64,000 nt of DNA from the NCBI GenBank assembly GCA_949286245.1, contig CASECF010000039.1:6469-70468 (forward strand). The letters run 5' to 3'. The DNA is from an uncultured Alphaproteobacteria bacterium. GTDB taxonomy: Bacteria > Pseudomonadota > Alphaproteobacteria > CAAHEQ01 > UBA3637. Every line of letters starts with the position of its first letter. The stretch's first letter is position 1. The translations under genes and the position numbers were made by a program. The notes beneath the pieces were generated by a model. It was given only the letters and a program-made list of their open reading frames with translations, made no database searches and had not been told where the DNA came from. This document shows positions 28,165 through 38,926 of this stretch, piece after piece.

Positions 28165-29043
28165 ATGTTTAGTGTTTTAAGAAAAATATCAAAAAAAAGT
28201 GTTTATTTCATATTGGATAAAGTATTTGGAATTCTTTTGCGGCATGCTATTTCCCAAGGAAATCGGATTCGAAGTCTTGCTTTAATTTCTTTCAATTTTG
28301 GTTTGACAGATAAGGGGTGGTTTGATGGGAAATCTCCAATTCATTGGGCGGCTATTAAAGGGGATGAGTATGTGATTCGAGCTCTGTTGAATGCGGGAGT
28401 TAGTTTGGATAGTCAAACCACGAAGGGTATTACCCCTTTGATGTTGGCTACTTCTTATGGACAGATTGAATGTGTTAAGACTTTAATTAAATGTGGTGCA
28501 GATCTTGATATGCAAAACAAGGAGATGTCCACAGCGGTATTGATTGGGGCGGATAAGGGAGATGTCGAGATTCTTGATTTTTTAATAGAGGCTGGGGCTG
28601 ATTTGAATATAAAAGATCATAAAGGGAGAACGGCATTGATGCTTGTAGCTCAAAAAGTGGGTGTAGAGACAGTTGAAAAAATGATCAAAGCCGGAGCGAA
28701 ACCCGAAATAGCGGATAATGACGAGCATTTTATTTGGGATTATGCAAAAAATAATACAGATTTGAATGTTGCTGTTTTTTTAGAAAAATATGCGATCATT
28801 CGAGAGAAATTAAAGAGTGCTTCATATGAAGATTTAATTTCTCTTTCTCAAAGAAAAGAAGCTTGTACAGTTCTTTTAAAAATGGGATCTTTAGCCTCGG
28901 TTTTGGAGTGTACATCAATAGACAGTTACGAAAAATTGAAAAAAGTTTATCACGAAGTAATACCGTATGCTCAAGAAAATTCCTCATTAAAAAAACAAAT
29001 ACAAAATTCCTTTATCAATAAAAGAAATCAACTGATGAGATAA
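28165..29043 (+). CDS. Ankyrin-repeat protein with shared C-terminal module
   Basis: C-term YEDLISLSQRKEACTVLLKMGSLASVLECTSIDSYEKLKKVYHEVIPYAQENSSLKKQIQNSFINKRNQL; this DNA segment is ~93 percent identical to 21800-21940. Confidence 0.85.
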   Translation: MFSVLRKISKKSVYFILDKVFGILLRHAISQGNRIRSLALISFNFGLTDKGWFDGKSPIHWAAIKGDEYVIRALLNAGVSLDSQTTKGITPLMLATSYGQIECVKTLIKCGADLDMQNKEMSTAVLIGADKGDVEILDFLIEAGADLNIKDHKGRTALMLVAQKVGVETVEKMIKAGAKPEIADNDEHFIWDYAKNNTDLNVAVFLEKYAIIREKLKSASYEDLISLSQRKEACTVLLKMGSLASVLECTSIDSYEKLKKVYHEVIPYAQENSSLKKQIQNSFINKRNQLMR

Positions 29044-29247
29044 AAAGATTAAATATACCGGTAAATTTCTGATTTTTTGAAAAATAAAAAGCATAAATCA
29101 GCGCTACAAAGTTGAATATATTGGGTTCTGTTTAAAGAGGGATCATTTTAATCGTTTGAGATAATTGCTGAATTTTTTTACTTTCTGAAAAAGATCTTTT
29201 TTGATAATGGGACGTTTCTTGAAACAAATATTTTTTTAATGAAAATA

Positions 29248-29276
29248 TTGACAAATTTTTTTATTGGGTATAAAAT
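29248..29276 (+). promoter_or_regulatory. Conserved array promoter AATATTGACAAAT-N17-TAAAAT
   Basis: Duplicate of the 26028 promoter region. Confidence 0.55.
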
Positions 29277-29316
29277 AAAAAAAAGAGGTTGTGTTTTTAC
29301 ATGGAAAGGTAGAGCG

Positions 29317-30375
29317 ATGGAAAATGAAATCACTTCGGATTCTTTGGTAGAAGTTATTCAAAAAGAAGATATCCGGAAAGCTTTATCGTTAATTTCTGAT
29401 CGAAAGGGAATTAATACACCTGATTCAGAGGGTGTATTTCCGTTGATTGCAGCTATAGAAAAGGAGCGGGTGGACATTGTTAAAGCTCTTATGAAGGCCG
29501 GTGCTGATGTTCAAGTCCGAGATTCCTGTGGAAATACAGTATTAATTAACTCTATTTTACATAATGGGCTTGAGAATGGAATAACCGATTTATTGCTCGA
29601 CTCAGATGTTGATATTGACGCACAGAATAAAAAAGGTGAAACTGCCTTAATGTGTGCGATTGAAAGAGGGAATGTTAGAACTTCTTCCGAGCTGTTGAGA
29701 AGAGGATGTTCCGTTGATTATCAGGATAAAGATGGAAACACCGCATTAATACGTTCAGTTTTGTTCTTTTTAGATGAAACGATGATTCGTATATTGCTTC
29801 AAAATCATGCGGATATTAATATCAGAAATCATCACGGTGAAACAGCTCTATCTTTGGCCGCTTTTTTTGGTACAAGAGAGCAAGTTGGATTTTTGCTTGA
29901 CAAGGGCGCTTCGGTGAACACACAAAATAGTCGAGGAGATACCCCTTTGATGAATGCAATTTATCGGATGAATGAGGAAAATGTTGAGGCATTGCTTAAA
30001 AAGGGAGCCGATATCACTATTAAAAATGAGCGTGGGGAAACGGTGATGGATTATGTACAATGTGAACCATACTCTCGAATTCATGAACTTCTTGAACGGC
30101 AACAACGGTTTTTGAATAAAAGGGCTGAGCTAAAAACAATGTTATTTGAAGATCTTATTCATCCGGATCAATCAAAAGAGCTTTTTGATCTTTTGGCAAA
30201 AATGGGATCTTTGGCCTCTGTTTTGGAAGCGGAATCTGTTAACGATTATGAAAAATTGAAAAAAGTTTATCACGAAGTTATCCCCTATGCTCAAAATGAT
30301 ACGTCACAAAAGAGAAAAATACAAAATGCGTTTATCAAAAAACAAAAACAATTGAGAGAAATGGGAAGGGAGTAA
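29317..30375 (+). CDS. Ankyrin-repeat protein with shared C-terminal module
   Basis: ORF track 29239; the MENEITSDS start at 29317 matches its paralog at 26107; C-term LFEDLIHPDQSKELFDLLAKMGSLASVLEAESVNDYEKLKKVYHEVIPYAQNDTSQKRKIQNAFIKKQKQL. Confidence 0.85.
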   Translation: MENEITSDSLVEVIQKEDIRKALSLISDRKGINTPDSEGVFPLIAAIEKERVDIVKALMKAGADVQVRDSCGNTVLINSILHNGLENGITDLLLDSDVDIDAQNKKGETALMCAIERGNVRTSSELLRRGCSVDYQDKDGNTALIRSVLFFLDETMIRILLQNHADINIRNHHGETALSLAAFFGTREQVGFLLDKGASVNTQNSRGDTPLMNAIYRMNEENVEALLKKGADITIKNERGETVMDYVQCEPYSRIHELLERQQRFLNKRAELKTMLFEDLIHPDQSKELFDLLAKMGSLASVLEAESVNDYEKLKKVYHEVIPYAQNDTSQKRKIQNAFIKKQKQLREMGRE

Positions 30376-30467
30376 AAATCTCTTTACTTTTCGGTTCGAT
30401 CAAAAGGAAACAAGGATGATGGTATATATGTTTGCAGAATGGGATTTTTTTGAGGGGGAAGGGTAAA

Positions 30468-31469
30468 ATGAGTGAGGAAGAATTGATACATTCAATCTCT
30501 GCCGGAAATGTTGAGCGGGCAAAAGGATTGATTGAGGCCTGCATGGATTTAAATGCACAAAATCAGGAGGGACGAACCCCCTTGATGGAAGCAGTTCTCC
30601 AAAAAAATATGGACATTATAAAGTGTTTGCTTGACAGAAATGTTTTACCGGATATTCGAGACCGAGAGGGAAAAACGGCCCTGATGTTATCTGCTCAGGT
30701 GAATTATGTGTCCGGTGTTCGAGTTTTAATTAAATCCGGAGCTTGTTTAGATATTCGAGATCAAAACGGAGATACGGCTTTGATGGAAGTTGCTTTTTGG
30801 GGCTGTTCACAAATTGCCGAAATTTTAATTAAGGCGGGAGCCTCCTTAAATATACAAGATCGGGAGGGGCAAACAGCTCTGATGGAGGCAGCTTTTGGGG
30901 GGCGTTCTCGAATAGCTCATGCCTTAATAAACGGTAGAGCCGATATGGATATACAGGATTATTTGGGAAGAACCGCTTTAATGTTTGCTTCTCGACGAAA
31001 GCGAATAGAAATAGTTAAAATGCTGATCAAAGAGGGTGCTGATGTTGATAAGAAGGATATTAACGGTTTATGCGCCTATGATCACGTGCTCGCCAATAGC
31101 AAAGATGGTGGAACCCCCGATCCGCTCGAAAAAGAGATAAGACACCTTTTGAAGGGCGCTTCAGAAAAACAACAATTATTAAATAACATTCAGAAAATCC
31201 CATATGAAGATTTAATCGATCCTTCAAAAAACAAGATTATTTTTGATAAATTATTCAATAGGGGATGTTTAGAAATCATATTGAAAAGTCCGGCGATTGA
31301 TAATCATGAAAAATTGATGAGAATTTATAATGAATTGCTTCTTTACGGAAAACGATATTCAAAATTACAAGAAAAAATTCAAAAAATATTTTTGATCACA
31401 CGACAAAAATTGAGTGAGAATTTTCCGATTATTTCGGGAAGGGTTAGTCATAATCATGAAAGAGAATAG
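30468..31469 (+). CDS. Ankyrin-repeat protein with divergent copy of the C-terminal module
   Basis: RBS gggggaagggtaaaATG; C-term IPYEDLIDPSKNKIIFDKLFNRGCLEIILKSPAIDNHEKLMRIYNELLLYGKRYSKLQEKIQKIF. Confidence 0.8.
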   Translation: MSEEELIHSISAGNVERAKGLIEACMDLNAQNQEGRTPLMEAVLQKNMDIIKCLLDRNVLPDIRDREGKTALMLSAQVNYVSGVRVLIKSGACLDIRDQNGDTALMEVAFWGCSQIAEILIKAGASLNIQDREGQTALMEAAFGGRSRIAHALINGRADMDIQDYLGRTALMFASRRKRIEIVKMLIKEGADVDKKDINGLCAYDHVLANSKDGGTPDPLEKEIRHLLKGASEKQQLLNNIQKIPYEDLIDPSKNKIIFDKLFNRGCLEIILKSPAIDNHEKLMRIYNELLLYGKRYSKLQEKIQKIFLITRQKLSENFPIISGRVSHNHERE

Positions 31470-31489
31470 TAAAAACGGAGGGAAAGAAA

Positions 31490-32113
31490 ATGTTAGAAGA
31501 GACCTTGATTGAAGCTGTTAAGAAAGAAGATAAGAAAAAAGTTGCGGAGCTTATTCAAAAAGGGGTTGATGTGAACGCCAAAGATGATAATGGCGATTCC
31601 GCATTGATATTGGCGATCAAAAACGTAAATTTGACGATTATTCAATTATTGTTAGAATGCGATGTTGATGTAAACGATCCCAATGATGATAGAGAAACTC
31701 CTCTTATGTGGGCTGTTTGGGCATGGCATGATGCTTCTATCCAGATGTTGGTGGATGCCGGAGCAGATATCTCCTATAAAAATGCGGAGGGAAAAACAGC
31801 TCTCGATTATGCTAAAGAAGAGCAAAATTCATCAGCAATTCGAATTTTACAAACCCCACCTCAAAAAACAAATTTTAAAAATTCTTTTTCAGCAACATAC
31901 GAAAATCTCATGACTGTTCCAAAAAATAAAAAGATTTTTGATAAGTTGCTGAAACTGGGAAGTATTGCAACCGTTTTTGATTCGGAAACAATAGATACAT
32001 ATGATAAATTAAAAAGTGTTTATAAACAATTGAATGATTACATGAAAGATCAACCGATTAAAAAGCAAATTCAATCGGCGTTTATAAAAAAACAAAATCA
32101 GTTAAGTCATTAA
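31490..32113 (+). CDS. Short ankyrin-repeat protein with shared C-terminal module
   Basis: C-term TYENLMTVPKNKKIFDKLLKLGSIATVFDSETIDTYDKLKSVYKQLNDYMKDQPIKKQIQSAFIKKQNQL. Confidence 0.85.
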   Translation: MLEETLIEAVKKEDKKKVAELIQKGVDVNAKDDNGDSALILAIKNVNLTIIQLLLECDVDVNDPNDDRETPLMWAVWAWHDASIQMLVDAGADISYKNAEGKTALDYAKEEQNSSAIRILQTPPQKTNFKNSFSATYENLMTVPKNKKIFDKLLKLGSIATVFDSETIDTYDKLKSVYKQLNDYMKDQPIKKQIQSAFIKKQNQLSH

Positions 32114-32239
32114 AAGCATTGAAAAAAAATGGTTGAACTCAAAAGTGCGCCAGATATGATTATAAATAAATGTTGACAGCTCTTATATTTATTGGATAGT
32201 ATAGGCGAATCGTACTTAATTTTAGAATGAGGAAAATAA

Positions 32240-33286
32240 ATGAAAACTTTTTTAGTTAAGAAAAAATTGTTTGGGGAAATGCAAGAAATATCTGAGAAGC
32301 AAATGACCGAATTGGTTCAATCCGAGGAATATGTTGATTTTAAAGATGCTTCTAATCAAGAAACGGCTTTAATGAGGGCGTCAGCTAAAGGATATACGGA
32401 TGCCGTTCGTGTTTTAATTGAAAAAGGGAGTGATGTCAATGCTCAAGATAAATGGGGGAAGACAGCATTGATGAGGGCGGCTTTTGAGGGAAAGGCAGAT
32501 ACCGTTATCGCTTTGATTAACGCCGGCGCTGATGTGAATATTCAAGATGAAAATGGAGAAACCGCTTTGATGAAGGCTGCTCATTGGGGTCGGACGGAAG
32601 TCGTGTATCACCTATTGGCGGCAAAAGCAGATGTCAATCTCCAAGATAAATACGGTCAAACAGCCTTGATGAAGGCTAATCATAAAGGAAGCTTAGAAAT
32701 TGTACGTTCTTTGTTGCTTCATCAGGCCGATGTCAATAAACAAGATTTTAACGGAAATACGGCTTTAAATGCCATGATACGAAAGGGGCTGATGAGGGCT
32801 GTTGATCTGTTATTGGAAAAGGGAGCAGATGTGAACGCTCAGAACAAAGAGGGACAAACCCCTTTAATGTTGGTGGCAAAGTTGGCAAAAGTCGATATCG
32901 CTCGGGCGTTGCTAGATCGTGGAGCTGATATGACGTTGAAAGACAAAAAAGAGAGAAATGCTCTGGATTATGTTGAAGACGAAAGATTGAATGGGATCTA
33001 TGAAGTTCTCAAAAAAGAGCAAGTTAAATTAGCCGAATCTCATCTTTCCGAAATTTCCTCTGATGATTTGTTGAATCCTCAGGTTAATCGGAAAGTTTTT
33101 GAAAAGTTATTAAAATTAAAGGCTCTGGCCATGGTCTTTGAGGCAACTGGGTTGGATACACACGATAAAATCAGAAATATTTATGGACAGATTTGCTCAA
33201 GTGTTGAAATAGATCCTAAAAGCAAGAAAATTTTTCAAGAAGCATTTAATCGTAAAATAAAAGGATTTGAGCGAGTTCATTCGTAA
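32240..33286 (+). CDS. Ankyrin-repeat protein with divergent C-terminal module
   Basis: Own promoter TGTTGACAGC-N18-TAGTAT at 32173-32202; C-term ISSDDLLNPQVNRKVFEKLLKLKALAMVFEATGLDTHDKIRNIYGQI. Confidence 0.8.
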   Translation: MKTFLVKKKLFGEMQEISEKQMTELVQSEEYVDFKDASNQETALMRASAKGYTDAVRVLIEKGSDVNAQDKWGKTALMRAAFEGKADTVIALINAGADVNIQDENGETALMKAAHWGRTEVVYHLLAAKADVNLQDKYGQTALMKANHKGSLEIVRSLLLHQADVNKQDFNGNTALNAMIRKGLMRAVDLLLEKGADVNAQNKEGQTPLMLVAKLAKVDIARALLDRGADMTLKDKKERNALDYVEDERLNGIYEVLKKEQVKLAESHLSEISSDDLLNPQVNRKVFEKLLKLKALAMVFEATGLDTHDKIRNIYGQICSSVEIDPKSKKIFQEAFNRKIKGFERVHS

Positions 33287-33353
33287 ATTTTTTGTGAATG
33301 AATATACCTCGTTTTACCTAAAGAATAATTTTACGATACAATCGTTAGTACTC

Positions 33354-33400
33354 TGTCACTCCTAGGATTTTTAAAAAATTCTAGGAGTGATTTTGTTTTT
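33354..33400 (+). terminator. Palindrome (CACTCCTAGGATTTTTAAAAAATTCTAGGAGTG) followed by T-rich tract; candidate terminator or operator upstream of the next promoter
   Basis: 31-bp near-perfect inverted repeat, then gattttgtttttttg. Confidence 0.35.
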
Positions 33401-33412
33401 TTGTATAAATAT

Positions 33413-33440
33413 TGACAAAAAAATATTTGTTTGGTAATAT
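33413..33440 (+). promoter_or_regulatory. Conserved array promoter AATATTGACAAAA-N16-TAATAT
   Basis: Same AATATTGACAAA core as the other array promoters. Confidence 0.5.
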
Positions 33441-33475
33441 AGACATAATCTATGCAATTTTAAGGAATGTAAAAA

Positions 33476-35908
33476 ATGAGTGAATTTAACGAGGCATTGC
33501 AACAAGCCGTTCAAGAGGGTGACGTACAAATGGTATCTGATTTGATTTCTCAAGGTGCTGATCCCAACTCTTTAACGGATAAGGGAGATAGAATAATTGA
33601 GCTGGCTTTACAATATAATCAGCTGGAAATTGTTTCCCTTTTATTAGATCATGATGCTCTTCTCATACGGGAATCATTTTTAAAAGGGAACCTGTTGACA
33701 TGGTATCCGAAGGCTTGGATTTTTTCTGACGGAAAAATTATTGATCAATTGATGAGCCCTAACAAAAAGAATTCTCTTGGATCAGAAGACATTCAAGAAT
33801 TGTTTCTCTGTGTTGCATTAAACGGTGGAAATATTGAGATTCTTAAAAAACTTCGTTTGGCCGGAGCTCATATAGACGAGGGAGCGGTAGATTATCCCAG
33901 AATGGTAGATTATCCCACGGGAGCGTTAGCTCTCGCCTCGTTGGCAGGGCATTTACAAATTGTTGAAGAATTATTGAAACTGGGCGCTTCGGTAAATATG
34001 AACCGTAATGGTTATACGCCGTTATTAGCGGCTATTAGGGGTAATCATCCGGAAATTGTACGGAAATTGATTGAAGCGGGAGCAGATATCAATATAAAGA
34101 ATGAGGCCGATGAAACACCGTTAATGGCGGCTGCTTTGGGAGGGGCAACAGAAATTGTTGGGATTTTACTGGAAAATGGCGCCCAAGTAAATATGAAAAA
34201 CAAGCATGGTTATATGCCCATTCATCAGGCGGTAAAATCTAAAAATTTGGATACGGTCAGAACATTGCTGAGTTATGGAGCGGATGTGAATGCCAGAGAT
34301 TCTGAGACCTTATTTATTGCCATTTATCAGCATCAGTTAGAAATGGTTCGATTATTACTGGAGAGAGGTGTCAATGTGAATGTCTTTAACCACGATTATG
34401 GATATACCCCGTTGACAGCTCCCGGTATCGACAATCAACCCGATGTGGTTAGAGAATTGATACGATACAACGTAGATGTGAACAGACCTGATAAACGAGG
34501 AAAATTCCCGTTATTACATTTTTTGCATTCTGATAAAAGCGGAAGATGTGCAAAACTATTACTTGAAAACGGAGCTCGTGCGGACATTCGAGAGAATGAC
34601 GGTACAACGGCATTAATGGTGGCTTCATATTTAGACTCTATGGATGTTTTCGAAGATATCATCAATCAAAATGTTGATATAAATGTCCTAGATAAAGACG
34701 GGTCCTCCTCTGCATTGATGCGGGCTGTTGAGGCCGGAGACAAAGAGAAGATTCGATTGCTATTGAAAAAAGGGGCTGATATTGATCTTCATACTAAGTA
34801 TATGAAGAGGACGGCGTTAACTGTGGCCATTGAATGCAAAAAGGCTGATATGGTAAAAGAATTATTGAAATATAAATTAAATTTAAATACGCGTGACTTT
34901 TATGGTCGTACACCTTTGATGCTCGCAATTGACAATAAATTGGGAGATGTTGCTCAAATTTTAATAGAAAAAGGAGCAGATATTCATTCGGTTTCCTCAA
35001 GAAAAGAAACGGCTTTGTCATTAGCGTCTTTTAGAGGGCTGGATGAAATTGTTCACCAATTACTTGAGCGAGAGGCTTTAGTTAATCATCAAGATAGAGA
35101 TGGGAATACGCCTCTCATAAAAGCGGTTATGAGCGGTTATCAGAAGGTCGTTGAAAAATTGTTGGAATATGGGGCTGATGTTAACATTCGTAATAAAGAG
35201 AACGAGACGGCGTTAGCAAAAGCGATTTTATTTGAAAGAGATTCCGACGGAAAAGATATCGTTTCGCTTTTAAGTGCTCGGGGAGCTGATGTTAATGTGT
35301 TTGATGACCATGGTTTCACTCCTTTTTTGTACCTTCTTCAAAAGAACGATGTGGATTTTGTTAAGGAATTCTTCGATCTTTTTTTGGAAAAAGCTCGAGT
35401 GAATGATCGGGATCGTGATGGGAAGACGGCTTTGATGATTGCCGTTCAAAGGGGATATGATGATTTTATCTTTCCTTTGTTAAAACAAGGGGCCGATATT
35501 TATTTAAAAGATAAACAGGGTCATACAGTTTTGGATCTTTGCTCAGATAAGAATATTTTACTTTATTTGAATGATTGGGATTTGTTTCAAAAAAAATTAT
35601 CTGCTTTTTGTAAAAGTTCCTATGAAGATATGCTTTCTTCCATTCGGGAAGAAAGGGTTTTGAAGGTGTTTTCAAAATTCGAATCTCTTCATCTCCTCTT
35701 GGAAGCCAGAGCAATTGATTCATATCCTCGATTGACTGAAGTATATAAACAGATACGCCCTTATGCCGAGAATCCTCAAGCCATCAAACAGATACAAAAT
35801 TCTTTTTTAAAAACGAGAATGCGTGTGACGGACAAAAAAATATCATCTCAACGAGAGAGTGTTGTTAATAGAATCCGGATGTTTTTTACTTCTGACAGAT
35901 GCAGATAA
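33476..35908 (+). CDS. Large ankyrin-repeat protein (810 aa, about 20 ANK) with divergent C-terminal module
   Basis: C-term SYEDMLSSIREERVLKVFSKFESLHLLLEARAIDSYPRLTEVYKQIRPYAENPQAIKQIQNSFLKTR. Confidence 0.85.
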   Translation: MSEFNEALQQAVQEGDVQMVSDLISQGADPNSLTDKGDRIIELALQYNQLEIVSLLLDHDALLIRESFLKGNLLTWYPKAWIFSDGKIIDQLMSPNKKNSLGSEDIQELFLCVALNGGNIEILKKLRLAGAHIDEGAVDYPRMVDYPTGALALASLAGHLQIVEELLKLGASVNMNRNGYTPLLAAIRGNHPEIVRKLIEAGADINIKNEADETPLMAAALGGATEIVGILLENGAQVNMKNKHGYMPIHQAVKSKNLDTVRTLLSYGADVNARDSETLFIAIYQHQLEMVRLLLERGVNVNVFNHDYGYTPLTAPGIDNQPDVVRELIRYNVDVNRPDKRGKFPLLHFLHSDKSGRCAKLLLENGARADIRENDGTTALMVASYLDSMDVFEDIINQNVDINVLDKDGSSSALMRAVEAGDKEKIRLLLKKGADIDLHTKYMKRTALTVAIECKKADMVKELLKYKLNLNTRDFYGRTPLMLAIDNKLGDVAQILIEKGADIHSVSSRKETALSLASFRGLDEIVHQLLEREALVNHQDRDGNTPLIKAVMSGYQKVVEKLLEYGADVNIRNKENETALAKAILFERDSDGKDIVSLLSARGADVNVFDDHGFTPFLYLLQKNDVDFVKEFFDLFLEKARVNDRDRDGKTALMIAVQRGYDDFIFPLLKQGADIYLKDKQGHTVLDLCSDKNILLYLNDWDLFQKKLSAFCKSSYEDMLSSIREERVLKVFSKFESLHLLLEARAIDSYPRLTEVYKQIRPYAENPQAIKQIQNSFLKTRMRVTDKKISSQRESVVNRIRMFFTSDRCR

Positions 35909-35991
35909 AAAATGCTACCAATTTTTAAAGAAATAGAGTATAATCTCCCCTTCATAAAAATGATGAGTTAAAGAAGATTGAGGAAACGTGG

Positions 35992-37671
35992 ATGGTGAAG
36001 CCGAATAATGAAGACAGCTTGAAAACAGACGAACAGGAGCTTTTTTCTGCTATTCAAAGAGGAGATAAGGAAGAAATATGTGCGTTGTTAGATCAGGGGT
36101 GTCGATTGGATATACGGAATAAGTGGCGATGTACGCCTCTTGAGTTTTCCATTCTTTTTAAGAAAAAAGATATTGTTTCTTTTTTGATTGAGAAGGGGGC
36201 TGACGTTAATCAACCCACGTCTTCGGACGAGGCTCCTTTATTGCGTGCGGTTGATCTCGGATTGATAGATATTTCCTTGATATTGTTAAATAACGGTGCG
36301 GATATAAACTGTTGTAATCAGGCAGGTGAAACACCTTTGATGAGAGCTCTCTTTCAAGAGAATGATCAGATCGTTTCAATGCTTTTAACACAAAATGCAG
36401 ATATGACCGTTTGTGATTCTGATGGTTTCTCTCTTTTGGCGTTAGCCAGTGCTCTGGGGAATAGAAAATGGGTGACATATTTTTTAGACAAAGGAATGGA
36501 TATAGATTCGTGTTCCCATGACGGCAAAACACCTTTGATGATGGCGACTTTGAATGAACATGAAGAGGTGGTGCGATTATTGATTGAGCGAGGAGCGTCG
36601 CTCCATAAACAAGATTATGACGGAAATTCGTTGTTGAGTTATGCCGCTACTTCCAGAAATGTTCGGCTCTTGGAATATTTATTATCTTTTGACTTTCCGG
36701 TTAATGTTAAAAATGATTTTTTTGCGACTCCCCTCTTTTTGGCAGCTCGTTCTGACCGTGTGGAAAACATAAAGCTTCTTTTTAAACATGGGGCAGATAT
36801 TGAGGCTCTGGCAAGAAGAAAAATGACTCCTTTGATGATTGCGTCAGAATTCAAAAGAGAAGGAGCTGTTCAAACCTTGCTCAATATTGGTGCGATTGTA
36901 GATGCACAAGATGTGGATGGGGAGACGGCTTTGATGAAGGCAGCTCGCAGTGGATCGAAAACCATTGTTGAAAATTTATTAAAACACGGAGCATCTTTGG
37001 GACATCGAGATATCAATGGAGAGACGGTTTTGATGAAAGCTGTTCGTGGAAAATCTGAAAAAGTTGTTGAAATGTTAGGTCGGCAAGGTGATCTCCTCAA
37101 AGCTCGGGATAATCAGGGGAGAACGGTTTTAATGATTGCTGTTGAGCATGGTGATCATATCGGAAACTTGCAAACTTTATTACGTGTCGGAGCCGATTTG
37201 AATGCACAGGATTCACAGGGGCGTTCGGCTTTGATGCATGCTGTTCTCAGAAAAAATATAGAAGCGTTCAAAAAATTATTAGATGCCGGAATTGATATAA
37301 ATATCAAAGATAAAGATGGAAAAGAGGCTATTGATTATCTGGAAAATTCTGATCAAGGAATATATAAAAAACTGAAAATGGAATTAGAGCAGAGATTGAT
37401 GGATCAGGTGTTGAAAATGCCCTATGAAGATTTAATCAATTCCAATCGTAATCAAGATGTATTTAAAAATTTGTTTAAGTTAGATGCCTTATCTCGCGTT
37501 TTTCAAAGTGAAAAGATAAATACGTATGAAAAATTGGTTGGTGTTTATCGACAGTTTAATGATTATTTGGCAGAACCATGTACCAAGAAACAAATTCAAA
37601 CGGCATTTACTGCGAAAATTGCATTTTTTATCCAAAAGAAGTCTGATACACAAAAAGATGAAAGAGAGTAA
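35992..37671 (+). CDS. Ankyrin-repeat protein (559 aa) with shared C-terminal module
   Basis: C-term PYEDLINSNRNQDVFKNLFKLDALSRVFQSEKINTYEKLVGVYRQFNDYLAEPCTKKQIQTAFTAK. Confidence 0.85.
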   Translation: MVKPNNEDSLKTDEQELFSAIQRGDKEEICALLDQGCRLDIRNKWRCTPLEFSILFKKKDIVSFLIEKGADVNQPTSSDEAPLLRAVDLGLIDISLILLNNGADINCCNQAGETPLMRALFQENDQIVSMLLTQNADMTVCDSDGFSLLALASALGNRKWVTYFLDKGMDIDSCSHDGKTPLMMATLNEHEEVVRLLIERGASLHKQDYDGNSLLSYAATSRNVRLLEYLLSFDFPVNVKNDFFATPLFLAARSDRVENIKLLFKHGADIEALARRKMTPLMIASEFKREGAVQTLLNIGAIVDAQDVDGETALMKAARSGSKTIVENLLKHGASLGHRDINGETVLMKAVRGKSEKVVEMLGRQGDLLKARDNQGRTVLMIAVEHGDHIGNLQTLLRVGADLNAQDSQGRSALMHAVLRKNIEAFKKLLDAGIDINIKDKDGKEAIDYLENSDQGIYKKLKMELEQRLMDQVLKMPYEDLINSNRNQDVFKNLFKLDALSRVFQSEKINTYEKLVGVYRQFNDYLAEPCTKKQIQTAFTAKIAFFIQKKSDTQKDERE

Positions 37672-37727
37672 AATTCTGCTTTCTTTATTTCTATAAAAAG
37701 TATGAAAAATATATTTTAAAAAAATAT

Positions 37728-37754
37728 TGACAAATTTTTTAAAAAGAGTATACT
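37728..37754 (+). promoter_or_regulatory. Conserved array promoter AATATTGACAAAT-N15/16-TATACT
   Basis: Same core motif. Confidence 0.5.
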
Positions 37755-37790
37755 TATTCAGAAACATGCAGGGAAACGAAAGGATTTTTT

Positions 37791-38867
37791 ATGCAAACAA
37801 TTTGGGATCAAAAACTATTAGAGGCGGCTCAAAAGGGAGATGAACAAGAAGTTATCAATGCCTTAAGAAAAGGAGCTTCTATCAATGCCGTAGACAAGAT
37901 GGGTTGGAACGTTTTGATGAATGCCGTATCATCTGGAAATTCCAGAGTGGTTTCCTATTTATTGGAAAATGGGGTCGAGGTGAACGTCAAAAGTGATTCT
38001 CATGTTGATCCTTTGATAATCGCTGTTCAAACGGGAGATGAAAAAAATGTTTCTTTACTCCTTCAAAAAGGAGCGGATGTGCATGTGAAAGATGAGACGA
38101 GATGGAGTGTTTTGATGACAGCGGCAGAGCAGGGGAAAAGTCGTGTTATTGATTTACTTCTGACACGGGGAGCCGATGTGAATGATCAAGATGAGTTTGG
38201 ATTGACACCATTGATGATTGCTGTTCGTTCGGGCCATATGGAAGCAGCTCGAACATTATTGAATCGAAATGCAGATATTAATGCTCAAAACAATAATGGG
38301 GAGACCGCTTTGATGAGTGTGGCTCAATTTGGACGAAATGAAATGGCATCTTTTTTGATGGAACAGGGAGCGGATCCGGATGTGAGGGATCATCAGGGTC
38401 GCTCTGCTTTGATTGTTGCCGTTCAAAAAGCTAATAAACGGGTGGTTAAGACTCTTTTGGAAAGAGGGGCAGATTGGACCATTCGGGATGATTTTGGTAA
38501 AAAAGCTTTGGATTATGCCAAAGAGAATCGACTTGTTGAAATAGAACAATTGCTTAAAGAAATTGAGAACAAAAAACAAAAACCACTCAAGTGGATTATT
38601 TCCAAAATGGCTCGAATGAAATATCAGGATCTTCTTTTTTCACGTAAAAAAGAGGAAACTTTAATTTTATTGCAGAAATTAAGAGCATTAGGTTCTATTT
38701 TTAAATTGGCTCAACTCGATGATTATCAAAAACTTAAGCAGGCCTATGGAGTGGTTCGACCCTATGTCAAAAATGACGCGAGTTCTATTTATACTCTTCA
38801 TGATATTATTTACAGAAAAATTATTCACTTAAAGAAAAATCAGTCACAACGATCCTTGGGATTATGA
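37791..38867 (+). CDS. Ankyrin-repeat protein with degenerate C-terminal module
   Basis: C-term KYQDLLFSRKKEETLILLQKLRALGSIFKLAQLDDYQKLKQAYGVVRPYVKND. Confidence 0.8.
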   Translation: MQTIWDQKLLEAAQKGDEQEVINALRKGASINAVDKMGWNVLMNAVSSGNSRVVSYLLENGVEVNVKSDSHVDPLIIAVQTGDEKNVSLLLQKGADVHVKDETRWSVLMTAAEQGKSRVIDLLLTRGADVNDQDEFGLTPLMIAVRSGHMEAARTLLNRNADINAQNNNGETALMSVAQFGRNEMASFLMEQGADPDVRDHQGRSALIVAVQKANKRVVKTLLERGADWTIRDDFGKKALDYAKENRLVEIEQLLKEIENKKQKPLKWIISKMARMKYQDLLFSRKKEETLILLQKLRALGSIFKLAQLDDYQKLKQAYGVVRPYVKNDASSIYTLHDIIYRKIIHLKKNQSQRSLGL

Positions 38868-38926
38868 AAGAGATTATTTTTTTTAATATATGGTGATATA
38901 AGTCTCTGCTTATCAAAAATGGCTTT